This document shows positions 19,211-27,475 of a stretch of 64,000 bases of DNA, piece by piece. A program made the translations under genes and the position numbers. Each line of letters begins with the position of its first letter. Position 1 is the first letter of the stretch. The DNA comes from Vicinamibacterales bacterium (lineage in GTDB: Bacteria; Acidobacteriota; Vicinamibacteria; Vicinamibacterales; UBA2999). The stretch spans positions 19,521 through 83,520 of the forward strand of contig DATLLQ010000053.1 in assembly GCA_035537775.1 (NCBI GenBank), in the 5' to 3' direction. Under the pieces are notes generated by a model, which worked only from the letters and a program-made list of their open reading frames with translations, did not search any database and was not told the origin of the DNA.

Positions 19211-21340
19211 CTACTGAGGGGTCACCAGGATCTGGATGTCGCGTGAGGCCGACGGCCGGTCGCCGAAGTCGCCTCGCGCTTCCACGCGGATGACATATCC
19301 GCCAGGAGTGAGATCGGCCAGCGGCATTCGGGCGCTGAACTTGTGGACGGCGGAGCGGGCGGACGGTTCGACCGACGATCCTCGCCCCATCGTCGTGCGC
19401 TGGATAACGCCAGCTGCGTTGCGGAGCGTCGTCGTAATCGACACCTCGTGGGCCGCGGTGGTTCGCGCGTTGTCGTAGACCTCCCCGAACACCATCAGCT
19501 GATCACTCCGGGAAAAGCTGCGCGTGGCCGCCGGCGGGCCATTCGGAAACTCCGTCGCCTGAGTCCCGAGCGCCATCGTGGGCGTCTTCAATGAATCCTC
19601 GGAGCTCAGCACGAGTCCGCTCAACGCCAGCGGCGCCGTCGAGTAATCCGGCACCTCGAGGTCATAGACAGTGCTGCCGGCCTTGCTGTTCGTTCCTGCC
19701 GCGACGCGCAACTGGTAACGCCCTGGCGGAAGCTCAGTCTGTCCGACGATGCGCGCGCCGCGCGACTTCACCGTTTCGTACAACCCGGGCTGCAGCGCGA
19801 ACGACTTCTTCGAATGATCGCCCGGCCGCGGTCTCCCGCCGGCCGGAACGATGACCGTCGCCATCTCGAGCGTCTCGACCCAGCGGCCGTTCTTGTTTTC
19901 GAAGTTGAACGCCGACGGATCGAGCTCGATGGCGAACGTCACGGTCGACAGATTCATCGACCCCTTGAAGGGCGCCGCGAACACCCGCATCGGGATGCCG
20001 CTGACCGGCAGCGGGCTGCCGAGTGCGTCGAGTGCCGGCGAAGCCGCCGTGTCGCCTGCTGCCGTCGATGCGGGCGTGCTGGAACCGAGAGCCTTATAGC
20101 CGTTCCGCGCGCGCACGGTGAGGCCGGGGCGCTTGACGCGCACCTCCAGCTTGCGCAGCTTTCCGTCCCGCTGGTCGTTCGTCGGCTGGTAACCGATCAG
20201 GTAATACGCGCTGTTTTCGCGGACGATGCGATCGAACGGGCGCAGGAAATTGTTGGTGTTGAGGGCCGCAAACCCACCTGTGTCCTGAGCGAGGGCCTTG
20301 AGGCTGTCCTGCTGAATCCGCACTTCCGCCTGGAGCGTCGACCCATTGGCTTCGGCTGGGGGCGGCTTCCGCCCAAGATTGGGTGGCAACCCCTGCGACA
20401 CCGGCGCAAACCCTGGCGAGTCGCGGTGGACCTGAGTTGCCGACTGCACCATCTCGTCGGCGGGATCGAACAGGCCACGCGGATCGACGCTGTAGATCGT
20501 CACGTTGCCGCGCTGTGCTGACGCGATGGCGGTGCGGGTCTCCTCGCGTACCACGTCCGCAGTCGAACCCTCGGTGCCGATCGCCTGATCGATGTCGTAG
20601 TCGATGCCCTCCCCGAACAGGACCATCGCCTTGCGACGCCCACGGATGCCGGCCATGAACTCCGAGAGTTGACGGATCGAGCCCATCACCGACCGTGCCC
20701 GGTACGCGCGCACGTCCTTGACATTGTCTTCGCCGAGTTCCAGCCCGTCGCCAGCCCCTGGACGGGCGGGGCGGATGCCTTCGAGGGCGACCAATGTCGC
20801 CGATCGAAGCTTCTCGCCGACGAACTTGTCCACCGCCTTCAACAACAGCTGACGGTTGCCGGTGAAGTCCTGGTTCATATCGTTGTGGCCGGTGTAGACG
20901 ACAGCGGCCACATCGTTGGGACCAACGGCGCGTTCGATGAACTGGCGCGCGATCTCCCTGACGCGCGCGGTGCGGTCAAAGCCCGTATGCAGGTCGTCCA
21001 GGACTATCAGATAGATGCCGCCCTCGATCGGAGTGTTGGTCTGGACGTCCGGCACGATTGCCGTCGAGCCGGCGGCGACGGGCAGCGACGGCACCGCACG
21101 CTGAACCGGCAACTCCACGCGCGTGAAGGAGGCAATCTCCTGTCGCTTGCCGTCCTCGAGCACTTCGAAGTCCGCGGCGGTCAGATCGGACACCGCGTTG
21201 CCACGGGCATCGGTGACTGTGGCATCGACCTCGACGAAGTCCACCGCGGCGCGGAAGACGACCGGTGCGGTTGGAGACTGCTGCGCAGATAGTCCAACGA
21301 CTACGAGGGCGACCCCCAAAGCCAGCAAGGCTGGACGCAT
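19211..21340 (-). CDS. VWA domain protein with a VWFA-related acidobacterial N-terminal domain
   Basis: A signal peptide is followed by VFRAAVDFVEVDATVTDARGNAVSDLTAADFEVLEDGKRQEIASF and then a VWA-like region (IYLIVLDDLH). Confidence 0.85.
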   Translation of the reverse strand: MRPALLALGVALVVVGLSAQQSPTAPVVFRAAVDFVEVDATVTDARGNAVSDLTAADFEVLEDGKRQEIASFTRVELPVQRAVPSLPVAAGSTAIVPDVQTNTPIEGGIYLIVLDDLHTGFDRTARVREIARQFIERAVGPNDVAAVVYTGHNDMNQDFTGNRQLLLKAVDKFVGEKLRSATLVALEGIRPARPGAGDGLELGEDNVKDVRAYRARSVMGSIRQLSEFMAGIRGRRKAMVLFGEGIDYDIDQAIGTEGSTADVVREETRTAIASAQRGNVTIYSVDPRGLFDPADEMVQSATQVHRDSPGFAPVSQGLPPNLGRKPPPAEANGSTLQAEVRIQQDSLKALAQDTGGFAALNTNNFLRPFDRIVRENSAYYLIGYQPTNDQRDGKLRKLEVRVKRPGLTVRARNGYKALGSSTPASTAAGDTAASPALDALGSPLPVSGIPMRVFAAPFKGSMNLSTVTFAIELDPSAFNFENKNGRWVETLEMATVIVPAGGRPRPGDHSKKSFALQPGLYETVKSRGARIVGQTELPPGRYQLRVAAGTNSKAGSTVYDLEVPDYSTAPLALSGLVLSSEDSLKTPTMALGTQATEFPNGPPAATRSFSRSDQLMVFGEVYDNARTTAAHEVSITTTLRNAAGVIQRTTMGRGSSVEPSARSAVHKFSARMPLADLTPGGYVIRVEARGDFGDRPSASRDIQILVTPQ

Positions 21341-21380
21341 GATCAGGGATCTTACGCCCGGACCTTGAAAAGCGTGGCCG

Positions 21381-21386
21381 TATAAT
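21381..21386 (+). promoter_or_regulatory. Consensus -10 hexamer TATAAT
   Basis: The sequence is gtggccgTATAATcggg. No good -35 lies at 17 bp. GGAGGG follows at 21400-21405. Confidence 0.35.
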
Positions 21387-21409
21387 CGGGCGCCAACCCG
21401 GAGGGATCT

Positions 21410-22582
21410 CTGACGCGCCTGTCGTCACACCTCGCTCTCGCCGCCGCAGGAGTTCTCATCTTCCAGATGCTCGTCCTGACGTCTGGCCGGATCATCGCCG
21501 GCGAGGGTCTCGGGTGGGACGGCCGCGGCTACGCGCGGATGATGGCGGACGGGCTGGACCAGGGCTCGGAACAAACGGGCACTCGTCCCCTGCTGCCGCT
21601 GCTGACTCGTCTTCCACACGCATTCGGCCTCGACGTCATTCCCAGTTTTCAGGTGATGAACGCCGTGTATGCGTTCGTGCTCTACCTGTTCTGCGCGCTG
21701 ATCCTCGATGCGTACGGCGCCGGCATGCGTGTGCAGGCGCTGATCATCGGCAACCTCGCGTTGTGCATCGCCACGTCGCGCATGTTCGCGTTCTACCCGG
21801 TTCAGATCGATCTCGGCGTGCTGGCGCTCGTGACGGCCGGCTTCTATTTCGTGGTGACGGACCGCCATGCGCCGGCCGGCGCAATGGCGATGCTGGCACT
21901 CGCCTCGCGCGAATTCGGAATAGTCGTTGTCCTGTGCGGCCTGCATCGCGCATTCCGTCGGGGCCGACTCTGGCCTGACGGTACGTGGTATCTGCCAGCC
22001 GTGGCTGCCGGCGCGTTCGTGCGCTGGTGGACCTACTCGGAAGGAATCCTTTCATCGAGCGAGGCGCTGGCGAACCTGCGGTTCTGGCTCCAGCCGGCAT
22101 TCGTGACGGCGTTCGCGTACTTCACGGTAACGGTCCTCGGCGGAATCAGTGCGCTGCTCGTTCTTCGCCCGCGCTGGTGCGTGGCTCGCCTGCGTGCGGA
22201 ACCTGAGCTTGCCACCTGGCTGCTCGTGGTCGCGGGACTCACGGCCATCGGCAATCTGGATGTCTGGCGCTATCTGATGTTTGCATTGCCCGTCGGGCTG
22301 GTGCTGACCGCGTACTACTTTCGGGATCTGCCACACTCCGTCGCGGCTGTGATCGGGGCGGCCATGACGTTCGTCACGGTGCTCACGCAGCGGCCGTTCC
22401 AGCGCATCGATCAGGAAATCTACTTCCAGGATTGGTTCCCGCTCTACAGCATCATTCCCGGACCACCGACGCGCGAGCTGTTGACGCTGTGGGCCATGCG
22501 TCTGACCGCGCTGGTCCTGATCCTCATCGCATTCCACTTGATCCAGCGTTCGCGCCCGGCCGCCCACGAGCAGATGCCTTGA
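21410..22582 (+). CDS. Polytopic membrane protein (possible GT-C-fold glycosyltransferase)
   Basis: The ORF track starts at ATG 21467, but the frame is open from 21386 and the first TM helix (HLALAAAGVLIFQMLVLTS) begins upstream of that ATG. A CTG at 21410 lies 4 nt after GGAGGG. The start is uncertain. Confidence 0.65.
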   Translation: MTRLSSHLALAAAGVLIFQMLVLTSGRIIAGEGLGWDGRGYARMMADGLDQGSEQTGTRPLLPLLTRLPHAFGLDVIPSFQVMNAVYAFVLYLFCALILDAYGAGMRVQALIIGNLALCIATSRMFAFYPVQIDLGVLALVTAGFYFVVTDRHAPAGAMAMLALASREFGIVVVLCGLHRAFRRGRLWPDGTWYLPAVAAGAFVRWWTYSEGILSSSEALANLRFWLQPAFVTAFAYFTVTVLGGISALLVLRPRWCVARLRAEPELATWLLVVAGLTAIGNLDVWRYLMFALPVGLVLTAYYFRDLPHSVAAVIGAAMTFVTVLTQRPFQRIDQEIYFQDWFPLYSIIPGPPTRELLTLWAMRLTALVLILIAFHLIQRSRPAAHEQMP

Positions 22583-22592
22583 GACAGATGCC

Positions 22593-24521
22593 GTGAGACG
22601 CGATGTCGGCTGCCTCGCCGTCCTGCTTCTCGTGGCGCTGGCTCCCGTACTGCGCGACGTAGAGCAGGCCTCACGACCGGGGCTGTTCGCCCGCATTGTG
22701 ATCAATCGGGGAACCGTGAATCGCGGTGCGTTCCTCGACGGGACGCTTCCCCTGTGGAACCCGTATGAGTTCGGCGGTCGCCCGCATCTCGCGGATCCGG
22801 AAACGCTGGCGCTGTACCCGCCGCACGTTGTGTTGCGCGCTCTGCCGCTTCCGCTCTTCTTCGCGCTCAGTTTTGCTCTGCACACATGGCTGGCAGGAGC
22901 CGGGACGTATGTTGCCGCCCGCGTGCTGGGCGCCTCGCGCCTGATCTCGGTGCTGGCAGCCGGCGCGATGATGGGTGGGCGCCTGCTCCTTCCGTTCGAC
23001 GCGCGCGCTCGCTCACTCGATGTGTATGCAGTCGCGTGGCTCCCACTGATCGCTGCGCTTTCACTGCGCTCAGCCGGGTCGAAGAGGTGGCTCCCGCATC
23101 CCGGCCTGGTCGTGGCCGCCTCGTTCGGATTGCTTGCGGCAGCGTTGAACCCGACCTACGTGCTCGCGACCGTCGTCATTTCCTATCTGTTCTCGGCGAT
23201 ATGGTTCGCCCGCGACGCGGGCCGGAGGCACCTGCTGGCGCAGCCGATCGTGCTTGGGGTCCTCGTGATCGGGCTGATTGCGGTGCAGTTACTGCCAACC
23301 GCCAGATTCGCGGCCACAGCGCGGGGGCGCGAGGCTGTCGTTCACGGCGAACCGTCCCCGAGTCCGGACGAAATCGCAGGCAGGCCCAATCCCGAACTGG
23401 TCTCGACGCTGCGTGCGCTGGCCGGAAGCGGACGAGTCCTTTCCACCTGCCCGCGCACGATTGATGACAGCCGCTGGGTCGCGCTTGGTCTCCCGGGCAT
23501 CGGCGGCGCCGGAGGCGCATACGCAGCGGACTACGGAAGATTCACGCAGACTGTGCGCGGTCCAACAGAGAAGACGCGCCCGTCTTTTGAAGGCATCCCG
23601 GAAGCATCGAGCGGGGTCGCTCGCGCCGACCTGATGAACCTGCTTGGCGTCGAGTACCTCGTCGACTGCGGCGCACCTGACTCGCAGCGATGGTCGCTCA
23701 TCGGCGCTCACGACGACGTCGGCATCTATCGACGGACGGTCCCGGCGCGTGCGTTCTGGACGTGCGCGCCGCTGCCGGCAGGACGAGCGGAAATCGAGTA
23801 CCGGCTCCGGAACAGCAGCTACGACGACAATCTGATTCTCCGGCCGCATCTGATCGTCAACATCCGGTGGCCAGCTGGACTCAGCGACGCCGACCGTGCA
23901 CGCGCCGAGTCAGCGCTGAAGCTCGTGCCTCACCGCGACATTGCCGACCGCACCTGGGAATACAACCTTCTCGATCGCTCGCGGGAGAACGTCGAGGCCA
24001 TCGTGCACCATCCGCTCGTCGAGGACACGCAGGGCATCGATCGCGCGAACATGGTGGTCACGCACGCACCAGCGGCCGCACGCACATTCGATGAGCCGAA
24101 GTCCGAGTTGATCATCGGCGCCGATGAGTGCCGTTCACCGGTTACCGCCGCCGTGCAGGCGGCCGATCGGTTCGACGGCGGCATGATCGTCGATGTCGAT
24201 GCCCCTCACGACGGCATCGTCTTTTTCAGTGAGACCTACTATCGCGATCGACGGGCATGGGTCGACGGCCGCCGCGCCGGGCGTCTGAAGGTCAACCTCG
24301 CATTTACCGGTGTGCCCGTGTCCGCCGGCCGTCATCGTATCGAGTTGAAATTCGATACGCGGTCGTTCTGGTGGGGCGCCGGACTGTCTGCGCTGACGCT
24401 CCTGATCTGGCTGGCGGCCGAACGCCGAAGCCGCGCACCACGCAACTGGCTCATTGGTTCGACCGAGCGTAGTATCCCTTTCGAGCCCGAACCTTCAGGC
24501 TCTTGGCGTCTTCCCGGATGA
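22593..24521 (+). CDS. YfhO-like polytopic membrane protein (putative glycosyltransferase)
   Basis: The motif LWNPYEFGGRPHLADPETLALYPPHVV is followed by many TM helices, a large extracytoplasmic domain and a terminal TM helix. The 3' end overlaps the convergent VWA gene by 71 nt. Confidence 0.75.
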   Translation: MRRDVGCLAVLLLVALAPVLRDVEQASRPGLFARIVINRGTVNRGAFLDGTLPLWNPYEFGGRPHLADPETLALYPPHVVLRALPLPLFFALSFALHTWLAGAGTYVAARVLGASRLISVLAAGAMMGGRLLLPFDARARSLDVYAVAWLPLIAALSLRSAGSKRWLPHPGLVVAASFGLLAAALNPTYVLATVVISYLFSAIWFARDAGRRHLLAQPIVLGVLVIGLIAVQLLPTARFAATARGREAVVHGEPSPSPDEIAGRPNPELVSTLRALAGSGRVLSTCPRTIDDSRWVALGLPGIGGAGGAYAADYGRFTQTVRGPTEKTRPSFEGIPEASSGVARADLMNLLGVEYLVDCGAPDSQRWSLIGAHDDVGIYRRTVPARAFWTCAPLPAGRAEIEYRLRNSSYDDNLILRPHLIVNIRWPAGLSDADRARAESALKLVPHRDIADRTWEYNLLDRSRENVEAIVHHPLVEDTQGIDRANMVVTHAPAAARTFDEPKSELIIGADECRSPVTAAVQAADRFDGGMIVDVDAPHDGIVFFSETYYRDRRAWVDGRRAGRLKVNLAFTGVPVSAGRHRIELKFDTRSFWWGAGLSALTLLIWLAAERRSRAPRNWLIGSTERSIPFEPEPSGSWRLPG

Positions 24522-25434
24522 TCTTGATGTCGATCTTGCGCCACTTCCCGTTGAACTGCTCGTTGCTGGAGAGGTAGCCAAGCGTGTACTGCGCCCGGAC
24601 CTCGCCAAGCACCTGCTCGTAGATCTTGTCGAGCTCCTTGACGCTGATCGGAAAGAACGCGAGTCCCCCCGTGGCTTCCGCCATGAACGAGAGCTGCGCC
24701 CGCTGGGGGAAGTACTGCGATATCGACTGGCCCCCGAACGACCCGATTGCGTAGACGGTGACGTCCGACTCCTTGAGCATCTTCATCACCTTGTCGATGG
24801 TCAGGCGGCTGGACGTGTCGGCTCCGTCGGTGTACAGCACCATGACCTTCCGCCCACGCTGCTCCCTGGCGACTTCGAGATACAGGCCGATGGCGTCGTA
24901 CAGCGCCGTCTCCCCGCCGGCCCTCAGAGCGCGGACACGCTGGACCAGAAAGGGAAATTCGTCCTGGGTATAGCGGCCGCCTCTTACTCGACTCGCGAAA
25001 TCGATGAACGTCATGTCGACCGCGTCTGGCATCGACGCCAGGAATTTCGTCACCGCGGTCTGCGTGAATCCGAGATCGAACTCCTGGCTTCCACTGACGT
25101 CGAGCAGAACCCCGACGTGCAGCTCCTGCGTCCGTTCAGCGCCTGGGGCAAAAACGGAGATTTGCTGCGGTTTGCCGTCCTCGTAGACGGCAAAATCACC
25201 TGCGGCGAGATCGGTCACGAGCGTCTTATTCTTCTTGCCCGCAACCGTGACGCCGACATTGACGAAGTCGACGCGTTCCCGGAATGTCGGGTCCTGCGGC
25301 TCGAGCAGCGAAGGCGCGGCCCCGATCGTCACCGCAGTTGTCGCGGCGATTGCGAGTGCGCTCAACGCGCGGATGGCTCGACGGCGTCCTATCCGATTTG
25401 ACAGCTGATGCATGTTCATTCGCCGTCGTCGCAA
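24451..25434 (-). CDS. VWA domain protein (VWFA-related acidobacterial type)
   Basis: The motif FRERVDFVNVGVTVAGKKNKTLVTDLAAGDFAVYEDGKPQQISVF is followed by a VWA region (VGVLLDVSGS). The start may be M7. Confidence 0.85.
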   Translation of the reverse strand: MRRRRMNMHQLSNRIGRRRAIRALSALAIAATTAVTIGAAPSLLEPQDPTFRERVDFVNVGVTVAGKKNKTLVTDLAAGDFAVYEDGKPQQISVFAPGAERTQELHVGVLLDVSGSQEFDLGFTQTAVTKFLASMPDAVDMTFIDFASRVRGGRYTQDEFPFLVQRVRALRAGGETALYDAIGLYLEVAREQRGRKVMVLYTDGADTSSRLTIDKVMKMLKESDVTVYAIGSFGGQSISQYFPQRAQLSFMAEATGGLAFFPISVKELDKIYEQVLGEVRAQYTLGYLSSNEQFNGKWRKIDIKIIREDAKSLKVRARKGYYARSNQ

Positions 25435-25632
25435 GCTGCATCGGGCATGCCGCGGTATGACGAATCACAAGTCAGCGCCCAATCTGTGGGCCGCCAGCGA
25501 GTAGCTCTCGCGGGACGACTCGAACCGGCGGGCTGTCGATGCGCCACCGGTCACGACATGTCGTCAACGAGTCCCTGTTCATTCCTCCAGACAGATGTGC
25601 AGAACCATTTGGAGCTCTGCGGGTCTCATGAT

Positions 25633-26118
25633 CTATTCGGTCCACAGCACGAGGTGATAGCCCTCCTCGTCGGTGTGATCGAGCAGCAGCGTCGGTCCGT
25701 AGTCCTCGAGGTCGTCCGCGCTGAGCGAGAGGCGAACGCTCCGTTCTTGATCGTTTGAGGAGACGTTGATGTTGCCGGGTTTCATCCGAATCATCCAGAA
25801 CGGGATCGTCACGCGAGCGAGTTCTTCATCGTTGCCATCCCAGCCGAGCATCTCCAGGCTCCGCAGCCTGCCGGTCGCTGGCTTCGGCGGCGGCTGACGT
25901 TTGAGGACGGGACCATTCGGACCCATCTCGAACAACGGTGTGACTCCGCGGAACCGGCCGCGAAGCTCCTGGAATCTGGCGTCTGCCGTCGCCTGGTCGG
26001 CCGGCGATCGTTCGAGCGCACTGGTGAAGAACCAGACGAGAACCCCGGCGAACAGCATGACCGTACAGACGATGATGCCGGCGATGACCAGCACGAGGGT
26101 CGAACGTTTTCTGGCCAT
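25633..26118 (-). CDS. Membrane-anchored hypothetical protein
   Basis: From ORF 25633..26283, with the start moved to MARKRSTLVLVIAGIIVCTVMLFAGVLVWFF (ATG 26116-26118). It has a single N-terminal TM helix. Confidence 0.5.
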   Translation of the reverse strand: MARKRSTLVLVIAGIIVCTVMLFAGVLVWFFTSALERSPADQATADARFQELRGRFRGVTPLFEMGPNGPVLKRQPPPKPATGRLRSLEMLGWDGNDEELARVTIPFWMIRMKPGNINVSSNDQERSVRLSLSADDLEDYGPTLLLDHTDEEGYHLVLWTE

Positions 26119-26177
26119 CGTAGCGATCAGGGTTACGCCACGGTTCGGAGTGAAGTTCCGGCTATTTCGTGCGGTGC

Positions 26178-26375
26178 CTATGAGGCTCTTGCTGAACGAC
26201 CGACTCGCGTTTTGCGACGGGTGCCGGTCGCCCGCTGCATCCGTTTCTTGCCGGCGCTCGGGATGTGGAAGGCATAGCCGCATTCGAGGCAGCGCCAGTC
26301 GTCATGACTCTTTTCGGTGGCCATGCAGAGCGTGCTGGTGGATACACAGCGGGGGCAGGACCGGCGCGTCTCCAT
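26178..26375 (-). CDS. Small zinc-ribbon protein (hypothetical)
   Basis: The translation is METRRSCPRCVSTSTLCMATEKSHDDWRCLECGYAF, with CxxC...CxxC. GC3 is high in the first 40 codons. No clear SD was seen. Confidence 0.4.
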   Translation of the reverse strand: METRRSCPRCVSTSTLCMATEKSHDDWRCLECGYAFHIPSAGKKRMQRATGTRRKTRVGRSARAS

Positions 26376-26458
26376 ACACAGATGTTACACGAGCTTTTAC
26401 TGGCTCCTTGACGTCGAGAATAAAGGCGCGTGCAGGCGTTCGCGTGGTCGGCCGAGAT

Positions 26459-27193
26459 ATGCTGATCGGCCCACTGCTGGTCATGCGGCACATCCACACT
26501 CCGTTTGCACGGGTCGTTACTCTCCTGGCAGTCGCCGTCTTGGTATGCGAGTCGGCTCCCGCACGTGCACAGGAAAGCGTTTCCTTTTCGACCGAAGATG
26601 GCGGGCTGATCTACGCCGATCTGTATGGCACCGGTAATCGTGGCGTCGTGTTGGCTCATGGTGGCCAGTTCAACAAGGAGAGCTGGCGCGACCAGGCGTT
26701 GACACTGACCAAGTCTGGCTTCCGAGTGCTCGCTCTCGACTTCCGTGGCTACGGCCAGTCCCGAGCTGGAACCCGCACGCGGCAGCCTGATGACGACGCC
26801 AGAAGCCTCGACGTTTTGGCTGCGATTGACTATCTGCGCCGGACCGGAGCGAGCACGGTCGCCATCGTTGGGGCCAGCATGGGTGGAGACTATGCGGCCG
26901 AGGCGGCTGAGGCGAACCCGGACAAGATCGACCGGCTGGTTCTGCTTGCGGCCGGTGCCTACACGCCGCTCGTCAAATCGAAGGCGCAGAAGCTGTTCAT
27001 CATGAGCCGCGACGATGTCATCGGAGACAACAGACCCCGCCTTCCGGACATCCGCAGGCAGTACGAGCGAGCGTCCGGCCCCAAGGCATTTGTCACCCTG
27101 GAAGGCTCAGCACACGCACAAGCCATTTTTGCGACAGCTCAGGGAGAGCGTTTACTTCGCGAGATCGTTGGGTTTCTTGTAGCCGGACCCTGA
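26459..27193 (+). CDS. Alpha/beta hydrolase (secreted)
   Basis: This is the 3' part of ORF 25901..27193, with the start moved to MLIGPLLVMRHIH (ATG 26459). It has a signal peptide, the nucleophile elbow GASMGG and C-terminal EGSAHAQ. Confidence 0.8.
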   Translation: MLIGPLLVMRHIHTPFARVVTLLAVAVLVCESAPARAQESVSFSTEDGGLIYADLYGTGNRGVVLAHGGQFNKESWRDQALTLTKSGFRVLALDFRGYGQSRAGTRTRQPDDDARSLDVLAAIDYLRRTGASTVAIVGASMGGDYAAEAAEANPDKIDRLVLLAAGAYTPLVKSKAQKLFIMSRDDVIGDNRPRLPDIRRQYERASGPKAFVTLEGSAHAQAIFATAQGERLLREIVGFLVAGP

Positions 27194-27194
27194 T

Positions 27195-27425
27195 TCAGTC
27201 CTTGCCGTCTGGGCGCTGAAGCACTCGATCGATCTCCACCTGTCGTCCCGCTCGAAGCACCGCCCACCGATTCCGCAAACGCGGCCAACGATCGCTCTGA
27301 CCGCGATGACAGCTGCAATGGCAGGCGACGGCTTCAGGGAAATCGCCGTGTTGCGCGCAACAGTCGATGCAGCCGCCGAGATGCTCGGCGATCGCAAGGG
27401 CGTCGATCAAGTCCTGCTCGGTCAC
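27195..27425 (-). CDS. Small Cys/His-rich hypothetical protein
   Basis: GTG start 50 nt after the kinase stop. The translation is ...AEHLGGCIDCCAQHGDFPEAVACHCSCH..., which contains an HxxxCxxC pattern. Coding status is uncertain. Confidence 0.3.
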   Translation of the reverse strand: MTEQDLIDALAIAEHLGGCIDCCAQHGDFPEAVACHCSCHRGQSDRWPRLRNRWAVLRAGRQVEIDRVLQRPDGKD

Positions 27426-27475
27426 GTCGTCAGCAACTAGTGTCGCAGCGGCAAGATGAACGATTGATGACAGGA

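Noticed and set aside
25901-26458. The 5' part of ORF 25901..27193
   Set aside because: It overlaps the minus-strand membrane-protein and zinc-ribbon ORFs. The hydrolase has its own ATG and signal peptide at 26459.
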